Source of the DNA: Cenococcum geophilum
Taxonomy: Eukaryota
Assembly (NCBI GenBank): GCA_050273025.1
Contig: CP158635.1
Location: 1,426,001 to 1,490,000, forward strand
DNA: 64,000 nucleotides
Reading direction: 5' to 3'
The notes under the pieces were generated by a model. It saw only the letters and a list, made by a program, of their open reading frames with translations, ran no database searches and was not told where the DNA came from. The position numbers and the translations under genes are program-made. Each line of letters begins with the position of its first letter. The first letter of the stretch is position 1. Positions 50,420-63,149 of the stretch are shown here, in pieces.

Positions 50420-52795
50420 ATGGTAAATTTCTCTAAATTAGAGATAATTAAAATAAAGCCTATTGGGGAAGGACTAAATAACTTTCGCGATTTATTTAAT
50501 TTAACTTATTAGGATTTAGGTATCCCTAGCTCTCTAGACTTGTTGTATTAGATAGGCAATAAAGGTATTTATTAATTTATTTAATAAGTCCCCTCTAACA
50601 CATATAGGCTTAAAAATCTTATAGTTAACCTTATCCTAGCATTATAAAACCTTCCTACTGTTTAATTACTGCTATCTAGCGCTAGCCGTGGCACTCTTTA
50701 TAGCGACCTTCTCTGACTTAGCTCCTTGGTTAATTCTAACGACTTTAATATTAAACGGTTTACTTCTTTTTTAAAAATAGTTCTTAATCGCGAATCAGAT
50801 AAGGATATATAGAGTAATGCTATCGCTACCGCAATAAAGTCTATACCTCCCCCCTAACTGCTGCCATTCTACGTTTAAACCCTATATTAATATAATATAA
50901 GTAGCTTCGCCAACTCGTCTAAACACAGGAAATATGTGGATAATGTTCTAAAGGAGGAGCTAGGCCCTCTTTACGTTGGGATTCCTAACTTATATAAAGT
51001 ATTCTTTAGGGGAGTAGAAGGCCTTAGGGTGGTAAGCGCCGCCGTTTTTAAGAAATGTAAGGAAGGGGATAATCCGCTATACGCTAAGGGCGGCTAGTGT
51101 AACTGGCCTAAAAGCGTAGAGTAAGATAATGTCCTAAAGTGGTTTAATAACCTAATTGGATTATTTTTGGGCTTTGTAAAGGAGTATAGGTCCGCCCTAA
51201 AGATATAACAAAAGCTTGTTATATATACTAAGCAGCCCTTATAAGGGTCTGCGGCGAAGCGAAAGCTAAATATTAGTTTTATGGATAATCTAATAGCCGG
51301 CGAAAGCTCTTAATGCTATTAGTTGTATATACTTATACTAGGAGAGCTAAAGAGTAATCTAAACACCGATATACCCTTATAGGCATAGTTTGATTTAGGG
51401 AAATATATAAGAGAAGTCTTCGCCGCTTAGGACACTCGTCGCTTTATCTTAGGCTTTACCCTCTATAGATCTATTATATGGTTATAGGAGTATAACCAGG
51501 TAGAAGGCATTATATTATTATTATTTAATATTAATAAAGACGGACTATAATTTACCTTAGCAATATTAGGATTTCTCTAGATAAATAAGAAGCAGCTTAG
51601 GTTTAACCCTACTATTCTAATATTAGACGGCAAACGATATATTAAGGTCGTGCGCAACAGTTAGACTAAGTGTCTTATCCTTAACGAACTTATAAAGCGT
51701 ATACGCTATATCGCTAGTTAAGCGACTACTTGCTAGAAAGCACACCGTAAAGGGATACTTAAGATACCCATTATTATTAAAGACTTGTGGTAGTACCTAG
51801 AGCGCAAGGAAGAGGGTAAACTGCTGCTTAAGGCAATGGAGAAAGGAGTGGTTAATATGGCCAGGTACTATTACCATAAGACTATTTATATAGGTGGATA
51901 AGATAATGACATCTTTAATATCCATAAGGGGCTAGATATTAAAAGAGCGACAAACTATAAGCCAGAAGGCTTAATAATGCCTCTAAGATCGGCCGTAGCG
52001 TAAATTAGTATAAGGAAAGGCCGCAGTTTTAGCAGAAAGAGGTCTTCTAGCTATAGCGCCCCATTACCGCCTAGTAAGCGCCTATATTTAACCTCTCTAA
52101 CTAAGCGCTCTATCGTGCAGAATTGCGTATATTAACGCGTTATTACTAGTAACTATAGGAAACCTCTTTATAAGGCAAGCTCTTAGGCTGTAATGCTTGC
52201 TATATTAAAGGGTGGTATTAAAGGATACGAGTCTTTATATACGTAGGCTGGCATTATCTAATATAATATTTTAATAGGCAACCTTATAATGAACGAGGAA
52301 GATAATAATCCTTCTTAGCCGGCATTCTTAATTAACTTCAATCTCGCGATTAAAAAGAAGTAAGAAGGACCTTTGGGAGTACGGGGCAAGACCAGTATAA
52401 GAGCATTTATAGCTATAGGAGTGCTTCTAGGCAAGAAATACTCCTTTAGGCATAATCTGGAGTCGTTTTTCTAGGTGCTTTTCTGGATATGCGTACACTA
52501 TAATAGGCTAGGTAAAGATATCGGTCTAACTAAGTTTAAGCGTTGAAACTATAAGAATACTACTAAGTTGGCTAAGTTAAAATTGGGGCTAGTAAATAGG
52601 GAAGGGCATTTTCTTAATTGTATAGCTAAGGTATTTACACCTTACTACTAGCTACTAGTTCTATAGGTTAATAAGCTATAAAAGGTAGTTTTCCTAATAG
52701 ACGGGAGGTGGGAGAAGGAAGATAGGGGGCTTTATTTTTAGATAAAAGAGATTCTCTAGCAAGCATAGAAGGATTTAAAGGTGCTAGCAGAGTAG
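50420..52795 (+). pseudogene. FunK1-family fungal protein kinase, RIP-degraded
   Basis: KPIGEGL(D).FR, SFANSS(E)HRKYVD(D)VLKEELG, GELKSN, QDTRRF.LGFTL, LGF(D)PTI, ATTC(W)KA, KD.W(Q)Y(P)ER.EEG, (D)I(S)IGNL(M)M, FLI(D)F(D)LA, H(D)LESFF(W)VLFWIC. Confidence 0.9.
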
Positions 52796-53538
52796 ATAGA
52801 ATAATATTTTATTATCTTATACTCTTCCACTATATAAGTAAAGTTTTGCTAAGATTCGGCCAGGGGCTTATAGCTAGCGGCTAGAGCATAAATAGTAATA
52901 TTTGGTGAAACGCATATAAAATAGGGTAGGGTAAGTCGCCTAGGCTAAATAAACCTGGGAAAGTAGATAACCTAACCGCCTTATTGTAATAATGTGTCTT
53001 ATTTTAACTATGGTATAGTTATAATTATAATTATAATTGGCCTTTATAAGGTATAAATAACATTCCCTCCCCTACAGAGACGTTATTGTATATTAGTATC
53101 TCCATACTAGCTGGTCTACCTCCATAAAGGGCTCTTATGTTAATTTAAAAGTTAGGTGGCCTTTTAGCGAGTAGAATAGAGAAACTGTTTTCCCGATCCC
53201 TTTTCTGGTTTCGCGAATTCTAAATCCTAAAACCGTAATTTAGGAAATAGGATTTAGATTTACAAATTATAAAATCGTGAATTGGGAAATAGAAAACTAA
53301 TTTTGGAGATATAACCTTAACTTTAATAGCGCCAGCTAGGGGAGCGAGTAAAAGAAAGGCCCCTATTAAGCTAGATACCCGCAATAATATATAAAATAGG
53401 ATAGGACAATATTTAAGTAATTTCTTTTACCGAACAATTTGCTATGCTCTTTAAACTCCTTATTAAAGCTATTACTATTACTCTTCTTGTTTATATATTT
53501 ATTATTTTATAGCTTAAAAGACTAAGAGAATATATATA

Positions 53539-55366
53539 TTATCGTCTATATCCGCGGATATTCTCTAGGACCTTTCTATTATATAGGACAAAACACTCCT
53601 CTAGAGATAATCTATCTTCTATAGGACCGTCCAAGACGTAACCTTCTTGGTTAAGCGCGAGAGCTAGCCTATAACTTCCGTTACTGGCTTTATAGGGGCT
53701 ATAATACTTGTGACCATCGGCCGTTAAATAGGGGACATTTGCCTGCTTACGACGATAATCTAAAAAATAGTCCTCTAACGCCCCTAAATAAGGAGGACTG
53801 CCTAGACCTTATATTTAAGGATAAAGATAAGCGCTCCTATCTTCCTAAGTACAAGGGTTAAGGTTAAGTCTTTTAGGGACGTTAACGGTAAGTAGGTAAT
53901 ATACGTAAACCTTTTATACTTTACTAATACAATAATAGTTAGCTTTAAGTAATATTAGTAACGGTCTATAAGCATTTTATTACTCTTATACTTTAGTTAA
54001 AGTATTTTTAGTTACAGAATCGCACTATTAGATGTTTTTGTGTCTATATAGGATACTTTAATAGAACTATTAAGAGATGCCTTTATAGACTTGCCTACGT
54101 GTCTCTTTAAGTATATTTTACTAATAAATAGTTAGGGTTTCTTCTAATAGTGAATTCCACGGAAAGAGCGTAGGGTAACTCTTGTTAGATATGCCTTATT
54201 TTTAAAAGAACTAAAATAAATACGACTTTATATTGCCTAACCAACGGATTTACCCTCCTATTTTGGTAAAACGGCTATTACGCTAAGGACTATGCTGAGA
54301 TTTTCTTCTATATCCTAACTATTAGCTAACGCTGCCTTTTAGTTAATTACTTATGTGAAAACTATATGTTAGCGAAACTGTTTTAGATGGCCTTTTAAGC
54401 TCCGCCCAATATATATTTACGCCACGTATAAAAATAGCCTTTAAATATTACGGACCGAAGATTTATTTTAAGTTACGGTAATACTACTTAATTAATTTAA
54501 TTCTTTCTTAAATAGCGTATATAAGCTAAAACCCTTACTATAGGAGGAGTACGAGCCCTAAGCTCTATAAGGAATTTAAGAACATCAGCTATACCTAAGA
54601 TAATACTTATACTACTCGCCGCTATACGCCTATGCTAGCTTAGTGCGTTAATATTAGCACCTACCTTAATAAGTAGCCGAAGCATATCTATATATCCGTT
54701 GTTGGCCATATAATGCAGTGGTGTATTAGCGCCTTAATTAAACAGGCTTATATCCTAAAAGTCCCTCCCTAGATCCCTGATCTAATTAGCGGAGATATCC
54801 ATGCCCTTGTCAATAAGAAGTTGAACAGCGTCTATAAATCCCCGTTTAGTAGTAAAATGTAATAGCGTAAAGCCGGAAATATTACGCTCCGAGATATCTA
54901 CTTCCGCCTTAAGCAGTAGCTTTATTAAAATGGTTTTTCCTTACCCCGCTAGGAGGTGTAATAATGTATTTCCGTAAGGATCTCTTAGGTAGATATCGAC
55001 CTTTTTTTTTTTAGTAAGGATTTAAAAGTAAATGCGCGGTTATAAATAGCAGCCCATTCCAAAACTAACCCCCTTTTTCTTTCTCTATAGTAGAGTGTAA
55101 TATTACTAAGTCTAGTCGTTAGACAGCCAGAGAGCTTATAGGTATACGTAAGAGCGATAAGATAAAGCTTGCTTATTAGAGCTGTATATAGATAATTCGC
55201 CGACTAACTAAGTAAGCTTAAACTCGCTGGATTAAGATAATTTATAACTATAAAGAGGAGTTTTAAAGGAAGGTTGACTAGATAAAGGGCCACTATAGCT
55301 GTAGAAGCGATTGTTACCGGGCTATTAACCTAGTAAGAGGGTTGACTTAACTTAATTAACCTTATA
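53539..55366 (-). pseudogene. F-box-like plus ankyrin-repeat protein with unrecognised C-terminal domain, RIP-degraded
   Basis: N-terminal LVNLPL(E)LLFIVI.YL; ankyrin repeats GNTLLHLLAG, GFTLLHF, TPLHYMANNG(H)IDMLRLLI.VGA.I(N)A; coding-like frame continues to 53539. Confidence 0.7.
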
Positions 55367-55929
55367 AGGAGGGGTGTAAGCAGAGGTAGATATAGTAAAA
55401 AATCTTAGAGGCAGAAAATAAAGAAAGTTTAAGAGGGCCATAGTTATATAAGAAGGTTAACACTAGAGCATTTATACGGAATCCTAAGCACTACCTCTAA
55501 TAGTGTATTAATTCTCCTATATTTAAGGTGTAGTTCTATAGAGTCTAGATTTTAATTTTTCCGATCTGGTATATACTAAACTGGATTCCAAATTCGTTTT
55601 CTAGAAAAACGACTTTAGAATCTAGATTTTAATTTACGCCAATACAAATTTATTCTTTGGAAAAATCAACCTTTAGTTTTAAGGGACATAATAGATCCTT
55701 TAATTAAACTATAATAATTGCCCTAGCTATATTTTCTACAAACTTATTTTTAGGAACCTAAAACTTAAGTATTTAGGCAAATTTATTAAAGGAATAAGAG
55801 GTAGGAATAGTTAGGGTTACCAGAAGTTTAAACGGAATTCTATATTAAGTAATATAATAATATATATATTTTTTACTTTACGGTTAAATCACTTCCGTAA
55901 ATGCAAATCTAGTTATTATAAGCATTAGT

Positions 55930-58850
55930 CCATTTAATACTATTCTAGCTATTTCTACCGTTTGCGTTTTAATAGAATGCTTAAAAGAGGCCTCTTTAGT
56001 GCTTAATAATCAATATAGCTAAATGGGGCATCTAGACCTTAAATTATTACTAACTGCTAAAGTGTCTTTGGAAGCCCACTAATTACCCTTAGCTTGCTTA
56101 TAATCCCTCTAATTAATATATACACCTCCTCGTCTATACTTTCTATAGTAAAGTATATACGCCGTCTAAATAATGGGACGCCCTTTAGTATAGACTCTAT
56201 ATAAGCCACCAGCCGCCTAAAGATAAGGAAGAAGGAAGAGGTCCCAATAAGGGTATAATAAAGGTTCTCTCTACCTTAATAATTAAGAGTTAAACGGTAA
56301 AATATAGTCCCTTAATACTGGAAGTTACCATTAACGAAATAAGGTACGTTATTAAGCTTAAGGTAGAAAATAGAAGTATAGATCGAATCCTTTACTAGGG
56401 TTACTTATATACTGGACGTAATAGAATTATATACCAATTATTTAAAATCCTTAAGTAAAGATAAATCATTAATGTTTAGCTCCGGACCGTTAAAAAATGC
56501 ATTAAGACGATAGTATTGGCTACGCGCTTCCATCAGCACGCTATTATAGAACTTTTTCTATTTTCTTTCTTTATCTAAATTGGCTATAAATGCCTAGACT
56601 AGGCGCAAAATACATCAATCTATAACTAGGGATTATACTCCTACCTTATATTCGTAAGTAGAAGAAGTGCTAATCTCTAGAGAGAGTATAAAATCCAGTT
56701 AGCCCTTATTTAGCTAGAGAAATTAGCATTCCTAAAAAGCAACAAAATAAGGATTATTATACCTAAGGCTACTATCTTGGTAAGTACCTAGGTTGTTAAG
56801 TACTTTAGGCTTAAAATACTATAGAGCCGCAGATATGCAGGAAGCACTTTCCCGGCGCAGTTAGTAGGAAACTTAAGTTAGGAAGGTAGGCTCTAGAGAC
56901 TTATGCTTTACTAATTAATACGTTATACTCTAGTCGCTAAGCCCGAATAAGTTAGTACCCTTAAGTTAATATTAGTAAAATCGGATAAATAAATATCTCT
57001 AACCTATATACCGCACTCCCGAGGTCTTTATCCTCTATTATAGTTTAATATTAAATAAGGCATAGTTAGTCGCGCAGTCGTTATTATCACCGCAACCTTT
57101 ATGTTATTCTTTAGTGGATTAAATATTTTAAGAGAAATACTCAGACTCTATTGGAACGCGCTCTTAATAGTAGATGAATTATACTAATAGTCTCTAACAA
57201 GAGCGCTAATAAGTCTTTGAAATCTTCTTATTAAGGAAAGGCGTCCTTTTTAATCTTGTGGAAAAGTCTTTCTAATAAGCTCCTTAAATTAACGGAGAGA
57301 CTCTTGGAGATCGTATAGCATAAAGTATATTTTAATACTAATTAGGCCGCCTTAAAAGTATATTAGGAGATAAATTATCTAACTAGCAACTAATATGTAC
57401 TAACTAAGGTCCCATAGATATAGTCGAAATAATCCTAGAGTGGGCAACCAAAATGCTGAACTTGTTGCTTAATGTAATTAAGGAAAGTAAGAGGTATAAC
57501 GCTATAAATACCGCCTCTATCTATATAAAGAACACAAGCGCTAGCTATAGGTAGAATGAATTAGAAGCTAGATATTTTCTAGGGTACCCTATAAAGTAAG
57601 TAAGAAGAAATAATAAACGTGTGCTTTTCCGACTTCGGTTTTTAACTAAAGGTCTTAATGCATACATTATAGACCATATGGCCGCAGTTAAAGACCTTTT
57701 TAGGCATCCTTATTAGACAGTAAAAGCAAGATTTATGGCTCTTAAACAGTGCGAATTGTGGCTAAAAGGACTTAAGTCGTTAATAATATATAAGTGAGGC
57801 ACTCTCTATAGCGGGCTGTGATACTACTTTTATAAATAAGGCTTCCATTTCCTCTTAAATAGCCAAAATGAATTTTTGTTGTATATCTTTATAGATAGTG
57901 TAATTATAAATCGCGTTTTTGTAAGCGTTTATAAAAAGCGCATTAAAAATAAGCGATAGGAGGAAATCTACGCCAATTAGCTAAATAGTTGATTGGTATA
58001 TTATATAACTCTTATAATAAGATCCTAGCGTATAACTTACTAGTAGTAAAGCAGAAGCAGTTAAAGGTACTATAAAATGCCATAGCTATGCCTAGCTTGG
58101 CATTTTACGGATTAATTCTTATAGATACTTTTGGAATTCTTATATAGTAAATCCTTAAGGACGAGATAACTAAATAAAATAGAAAGATAACTTATCTAAG
58201 TAAAATTTGTCTATTATAATTATAAAAAGCGCTTTAATATAGCGTATATTAAAGAGAAATCTATTATATTGGCGGGCCTACACAGCCTCTATGGAGGCTA
58301 AAAGAAGGCATTTACGTAATATAGAGGAACAAACACTGCGATTCCATTTCTAATTCAATCTAAGGACTTAAATGCTATGGAAATGGGCACCCAAGTCTTT
58401 TTTAATATTGTCTTCTTGTTTGTATTCCTTAACACTTTTTATAACTATTCTTATATTAGTCTAGAGCTTAGCTTCCGTAATAAACGGGTTAAATATAGTA
58501 GATAAAGTGTTAAGAACTATAAGTATATAAGGAAGAGTAGATTAAAGGAGGCTATATAGTAGAGGCTTAGTAGCCTAGCATGCTAAATACTTTAATACAC
58601 TATAAAGCCCGCCTAGGTCCGAAGCAAAGTAATATATAACGTTTAAAAAGGAGCAAGGACGTAAGCAGAAAGAGAATTTATAATTTCTTTCGCCGAGCGA
58701 TAGCCTAATTTCAACCATTTAATCTATCTTACTATTTTGTACCCGTTCTATAGGCTAGGTACAGAATTTAATAAACTATAATTATAGATCTTAGAGTTAA
58801 TATATATTAACAGGCTGTTATCTTTTTATATCTTTAAGTTACTTTAAAGG
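55930..58850 (-). pseudogene. Patatin-like phospholipase with Cys-rich (RING-like) region, RIP-degraded
   Basis: CF(C)CL.RMP.KVF.CGH.V(C).VC; VL(C)ID(G)GGI(RG)VIPL at ~57490-57530; DYFDYI.GT(S)V(G) at ~57400-57435; SAA(P).YFKP..TYQD(GG)LR(H)NNP at ~56750-56835. Confidence 0.88.
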
Positions 58851-59628
58851 TAGACCTAATAGTGGGAGTTTATTAAAGATGGATCGTTTTTCTCACCGAG
58901 GATTTGCCTAAGGAGCTTAGATTTAGTTTATCTGCTAATTAGCGTAATAAAGGAAGGAGTTATATTAGGCTTTAACAAAAGAGACCTAAAAGCATAATGA
59001 TAAACTCTTAACACACTTTTACTCCTTATGTAGGTGATCCTTATCTAGGGTAGGTCGTTTATACTTAGGCGGAAAGAGATATAACTAGTACTGGCTTAAC
59101 CTCTACTATTTAGCAGGGACTAACGGCTGTTTATATTTCCAAAGTGGGCCTATTATATTATAATCTTAGCGTTTAGTTGCAAATTATATATAAACGCCAG
59201 ATCCGAACATCCTAATTATAAAATCTAAAATCTAGATTTCGGAATCTGGAATCTAGCTTAGCGTGGGCCGGATTGGAAAAATAAAATGCGCGGTTTAATA
59301 TTTTAACCGTGCTTAGGAAACCAAATCGCAACTCTAGAGTTTAATTTTTTTAGAAAGTGGTAGCTCCGGGTATTCTCTTTTTAAGCAAGAATATAGCGTT
59401 TTAGTGCCCTATATAAGGAGTAGGTATAAAGAAGGGATTTATACGCGCTATTTTTATATTATCTATGCGAGCTTATAGGATTCCCACTTCGCGCTTTATA
59501 TCTTTAGAGCTCTTTACCTATTAATAATTACTACTACTTTAAAGCTCCTATATAGATTTCCACTTTAGCAGTAAGTATTCTCGCCGCTTAAGTATAACTA
59601 CTTACTGTGCTAATAAATAGTTATAGAG

Positions 59629-60378
59629 AATGTTGCTGCCTGATCTGCTATATAAAATATTATTATTAATAGCTAAGAACCTATAAGTGGAGGGATATAT
59701 TAACGCTTTCGCCTAGATAAATAACCGCCTTTATAGTATTCTAAATCCCTACCTTTATCGCTATAATGTCGAACGGGAGGATAGTATGGCACTAATATAG
59801 GCTGCGAAATGAGGACAAGATATAACTGCTTAAAAATCTCTTAAAGCCGCCAAAATTAGAGTGGTAACTTAATATCGATACTACGGGCGTGCGGATTTAT
59901 TATAGGCAGTAAGGAACGGATATAAATTAGTAGTACGGCTGTTAATTAAAAGTAGACTTAGTAGTTTTAACCCAGAGGGCCTTTTATATAAGCTGTTATA
60001 CGCTATAAGGTTTAGGCAAACAGCAGTAGTATAGCTACTCTTAGAAAGCGTTAATGTGAACTATAAGTAGGAAAACGGCTAGATACCGCTATTACTAGCT
60101 GTAAAAAGGGGGTATAAAAATATGGTTTAACTGCTTCTAGAATATAAAAATGTTTATATTAATATAAAAGACTGTATTGGTCGGATACTACTATTATAGG
60201 CTATTAATTATAAGCATAATATAGTAGTATAACTTTTAGTTAAGTATAGGGGTGTTAATATTAACTTAAAGGACTCCTTAGGTAGAACGCTATTATCTAT
60301 AGCTAAAGTATATAGGGACGCTACAATAGTCCAACTGCTTTTAGAGTGCGAAAGTAATAGTCTAAAATCTATAGACTA
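59629..60378 (+). pseudogene. F-box-like plus ankyrin-repeat protein, RIP-degraded
   Basis: MLLPDL(P).(E)ILLLIA(E)NL..INAFA..N.RLYSILNPYLYR.NV..ALI(W)AA; ankyrin repeats G(QT)PLLLAVKRG, KD.IGR, KDSLGRTLLS.A..IVQLLL. Confidence 0.8.
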
Positions 60379-60779
60379 GTGTAATGGTGTAAGTAGTCCT
60401 TTAATTCAATGTTAAAGGATAGGTAAAGATTAACCTAGAGGTAGTCTAACTCTAGTATATAGATTAATTAGTAGGTTAATAGTTCTTAATAATATAGTAG
60501 ATATAAAATTCTATAGATTAGCTAACTCTTCTTCCTACTAATTAATGTAATTATTTCCTGTACACCTTAACCTCTTAGAGATTTACTTCCCTTCTATACT
60601 AGTTCTTACTACATACTTAGCCCGGCTTTATATTTGGCTATAGCAATTATATAGTTAGCAGCATAGCCTAGTATATTTAACAACTATAACCTCAATCAGT
60701 GTTTAGCTATATTTAGCAACAATTTTTAGTTATCTAATTTATACCTTATTGTTTTTGCAACCTAGTTAAATAGTAATCT

Positions 60780-61350
60780 TTTCTACTTATAAGATTGCTA
60801 AGAACTATATAGTTACTTAGTTATAACTATAGCAAGATATAGGGTAATAAGTAGAGAGTAGATACTGGTAATGGTAAATTATACCGAATATTATTAGGTT
60901 TATATGTCTGTCTTATTAAACTCGGTCTTTTGGATTTAGGCCTTTATAAAGCTACCGCTTTCTAGCTTTCCCTTTTATATAGTAGGCTTCTGCTTAACTA
61001 AAGGTTTAAGTGCTTTAGTTATTGACTTTCCCTATTATAAGACCCTATTAACCCACTCTGCTAGATTTTCTATGTCCCTATAGAGTGTTTCCACCTCACC
61101 TTAAACTTACTTTAATTGCCTAATTTTTTTTTAGCCTTAACACTATTAAATAATTAAGGAAATGCATTACCCTTTTAGCTATAATACCGTAGCTTCCAAA
61201 GCCTTAACTTAACTACTGCTTGGCCGATTAAAGTGGTTTTAGAATAGTGGAATGGATATATAGAAATTTGCTAGCTCTGTTAAGGAAGGAGACTAAAAAG
61301 TAGGGTTATTTAATGCATAATTAATGTCCGGAGTCTTGCTAGGGTTATAA
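60780..61350 (-). pseudogene. Hypothetical protein, RIP-degraded
   Basis: Coding-like frame (GEVETLYRDIENLAEWVNRVL) with RIP stops; family not recognised. Confidence 0.3.
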
Positions 61351-61849
61351 TAGCGTAGGTCTAGGGCATTGGATAATATACTTCTTAAGATAATTAGAGG
61401 CTTAAATTAACAAATTAATAGAAGATATTGAGGTTTGTTAGTATATATAATATACTATATATTAAAGTAGTAGGCAAGGGTAGTTTATAATATATCTGCC
61501 AAGAGCAATCTACTAGAGGACCTCTATTTTCACTTAAAATAAATAAGCGCTCTGTTTTAAGTTAAGACAATTTACTTTTTAGGCTAAAAGGACTAATTTA
61601 TTACTTTTCTAATCTTATATAGCTTATTAAACGGATATTAGAATTGGAAAACGGATAATAGATTTTTAAATAGATACTTAAAAAGGCAAAGACTATTCCT
61701 AAAATTATACTTAGCCTCCCATTCTATTGCCACCTTCGTTCTATAACGTAAACAACTTAAATAATACTAGCTCAAGATAATGCTCTAAACACCGCCTATC
61801 TCCCTTAGTGGATGTAATAAAATAATGCTGTAAGGATTAGTAATCAAGG

Positions 61850-62850
61850 CAAGAAAATGATAAAATATCCTTACTGGCTTAGAGAATTTCGCGAACGCTA
61901 TCTTTTTTGAATTAAACAGATCATCCAAAAAATCTATCAATTAGTTGCAGCTATTTTAATGTTTAGAATTATGTAAGCCGAATACCTTATTAATAGCCCT
62001 TTGCTCTTAAATATAGTTTATATCTCTAAGCTGTGGTTAGGGGCGCCTCTTTATACAAGCTAGTAATATAAACCCCAAATCTTTTAAGTCGGTGTTTGGG
62101 ATAACATTAGGAGCATATTTAACAGCCTCTTTAAAGTTCGCTGTGTTAAAGTTAGTATAATAAATAGAGCTCTTTGCAGAAAACTTATAGAGTAGTACTC
62201 GCATATCTTAGCCGGATACACGAATTAATATAAGGCTAACCCGGTAATATAAAATTCCCAGCTTCCTAAGGTAGTTAAATGCGTTAAAAACCTAACTCTT
62301 AGTACTTAACTATAAGTTAAAGAGCTTAAAAAATATATTGAATGCGCAATAAACTATAACTGCGCTTCTTCCAGTCCAACACGAATATGGATTATTTCTT
62401 TAAGTATAAATTAATAGTATTCAACACTAATTTTTAGAAATTTGCCTTCTAAGAATGCTTACTTAATCTTAATAATGTTATTATACGCTACTTACCTAAG
62501 AATATCCTTCTCTACTAGCCTATGCTCTTTTTTAAGCTTCTTAGATATAATTATGCTAGGGATATACTTACGCTAATATATTACTTATTCAGTTTTACCC
62601 TATATAAGCGTGCCTAGGGTAATAAGCTCTTGTAGCTGTTTGACACCGGAAGTATTATTTAATATTACAACTAAGACTTCCGGGGAAGCGGCAGTATTTA
62701 TTCGATTTAAAAAGGCTTTTAGAATCGGTACGCTAAGAGATATAATGGATTAGTGGATTATATTAGTATAACTTTTAGCTTTCTACATAAGGGCGGCTTT
62801 TATTAGAGCTATTAGAGCACTTTCCTTAAGATCTAGCATCCTCTATGGTT
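61850..62850 (-). pseudogene. Divergent protein-kinase-like gene, RIP-degraded
   Basis: VA(H).NIIKIK(Q)AFL..VEY..FIL(E)EII..LEEAQL(Q)FIA..VF.AF.YL..LGI.(H); DLKDLGFILLAC; two introns; no canonical HRD/DFG. Confidence 0.6.
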
Positions 62851-63149
62851 AAGGATGCCTAGTAAACACATTCTTAATCATATATCCACTAGAATCTATA
62901 TATAGTAGCATAATTGCTTATAGGGGGAAGTATCTGCTATAGTAAGAGGTAAGCGCATTTTAAATGTCCTTATAAGATGGGAATTGGCTAGTACAAATCT
63001 AAAATCTGGGAAACCGTTATTAGGAAATCGAATTCGGTTTTCGCGAATTAGAGCTTAGTTATTAAGATTAGAATACGGTTCTATTTTCTAAACTTTAACT
63101 TTTAACATTTACGCTTAAGGCCAAGCTTAATATCTTTTAAATAGGTATA

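Larger units (their letters stand above)
49470..63105. repeat. Six dispersed degenerate-repeat spacers: 49470-49575, 49884-49950, 53183-53310, 55541-55670, 59198-59350, 62993-63105
   Basis: Shared words: ctagattYtaattt (49916, 55545, 55622), aaatctaaaatct (59221, 62995), tttcgcgaatt (53209, 63039), ttaggRaacggg..attaacYg (ends of the first two). All six are intergenic. Confidence 0.6.
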
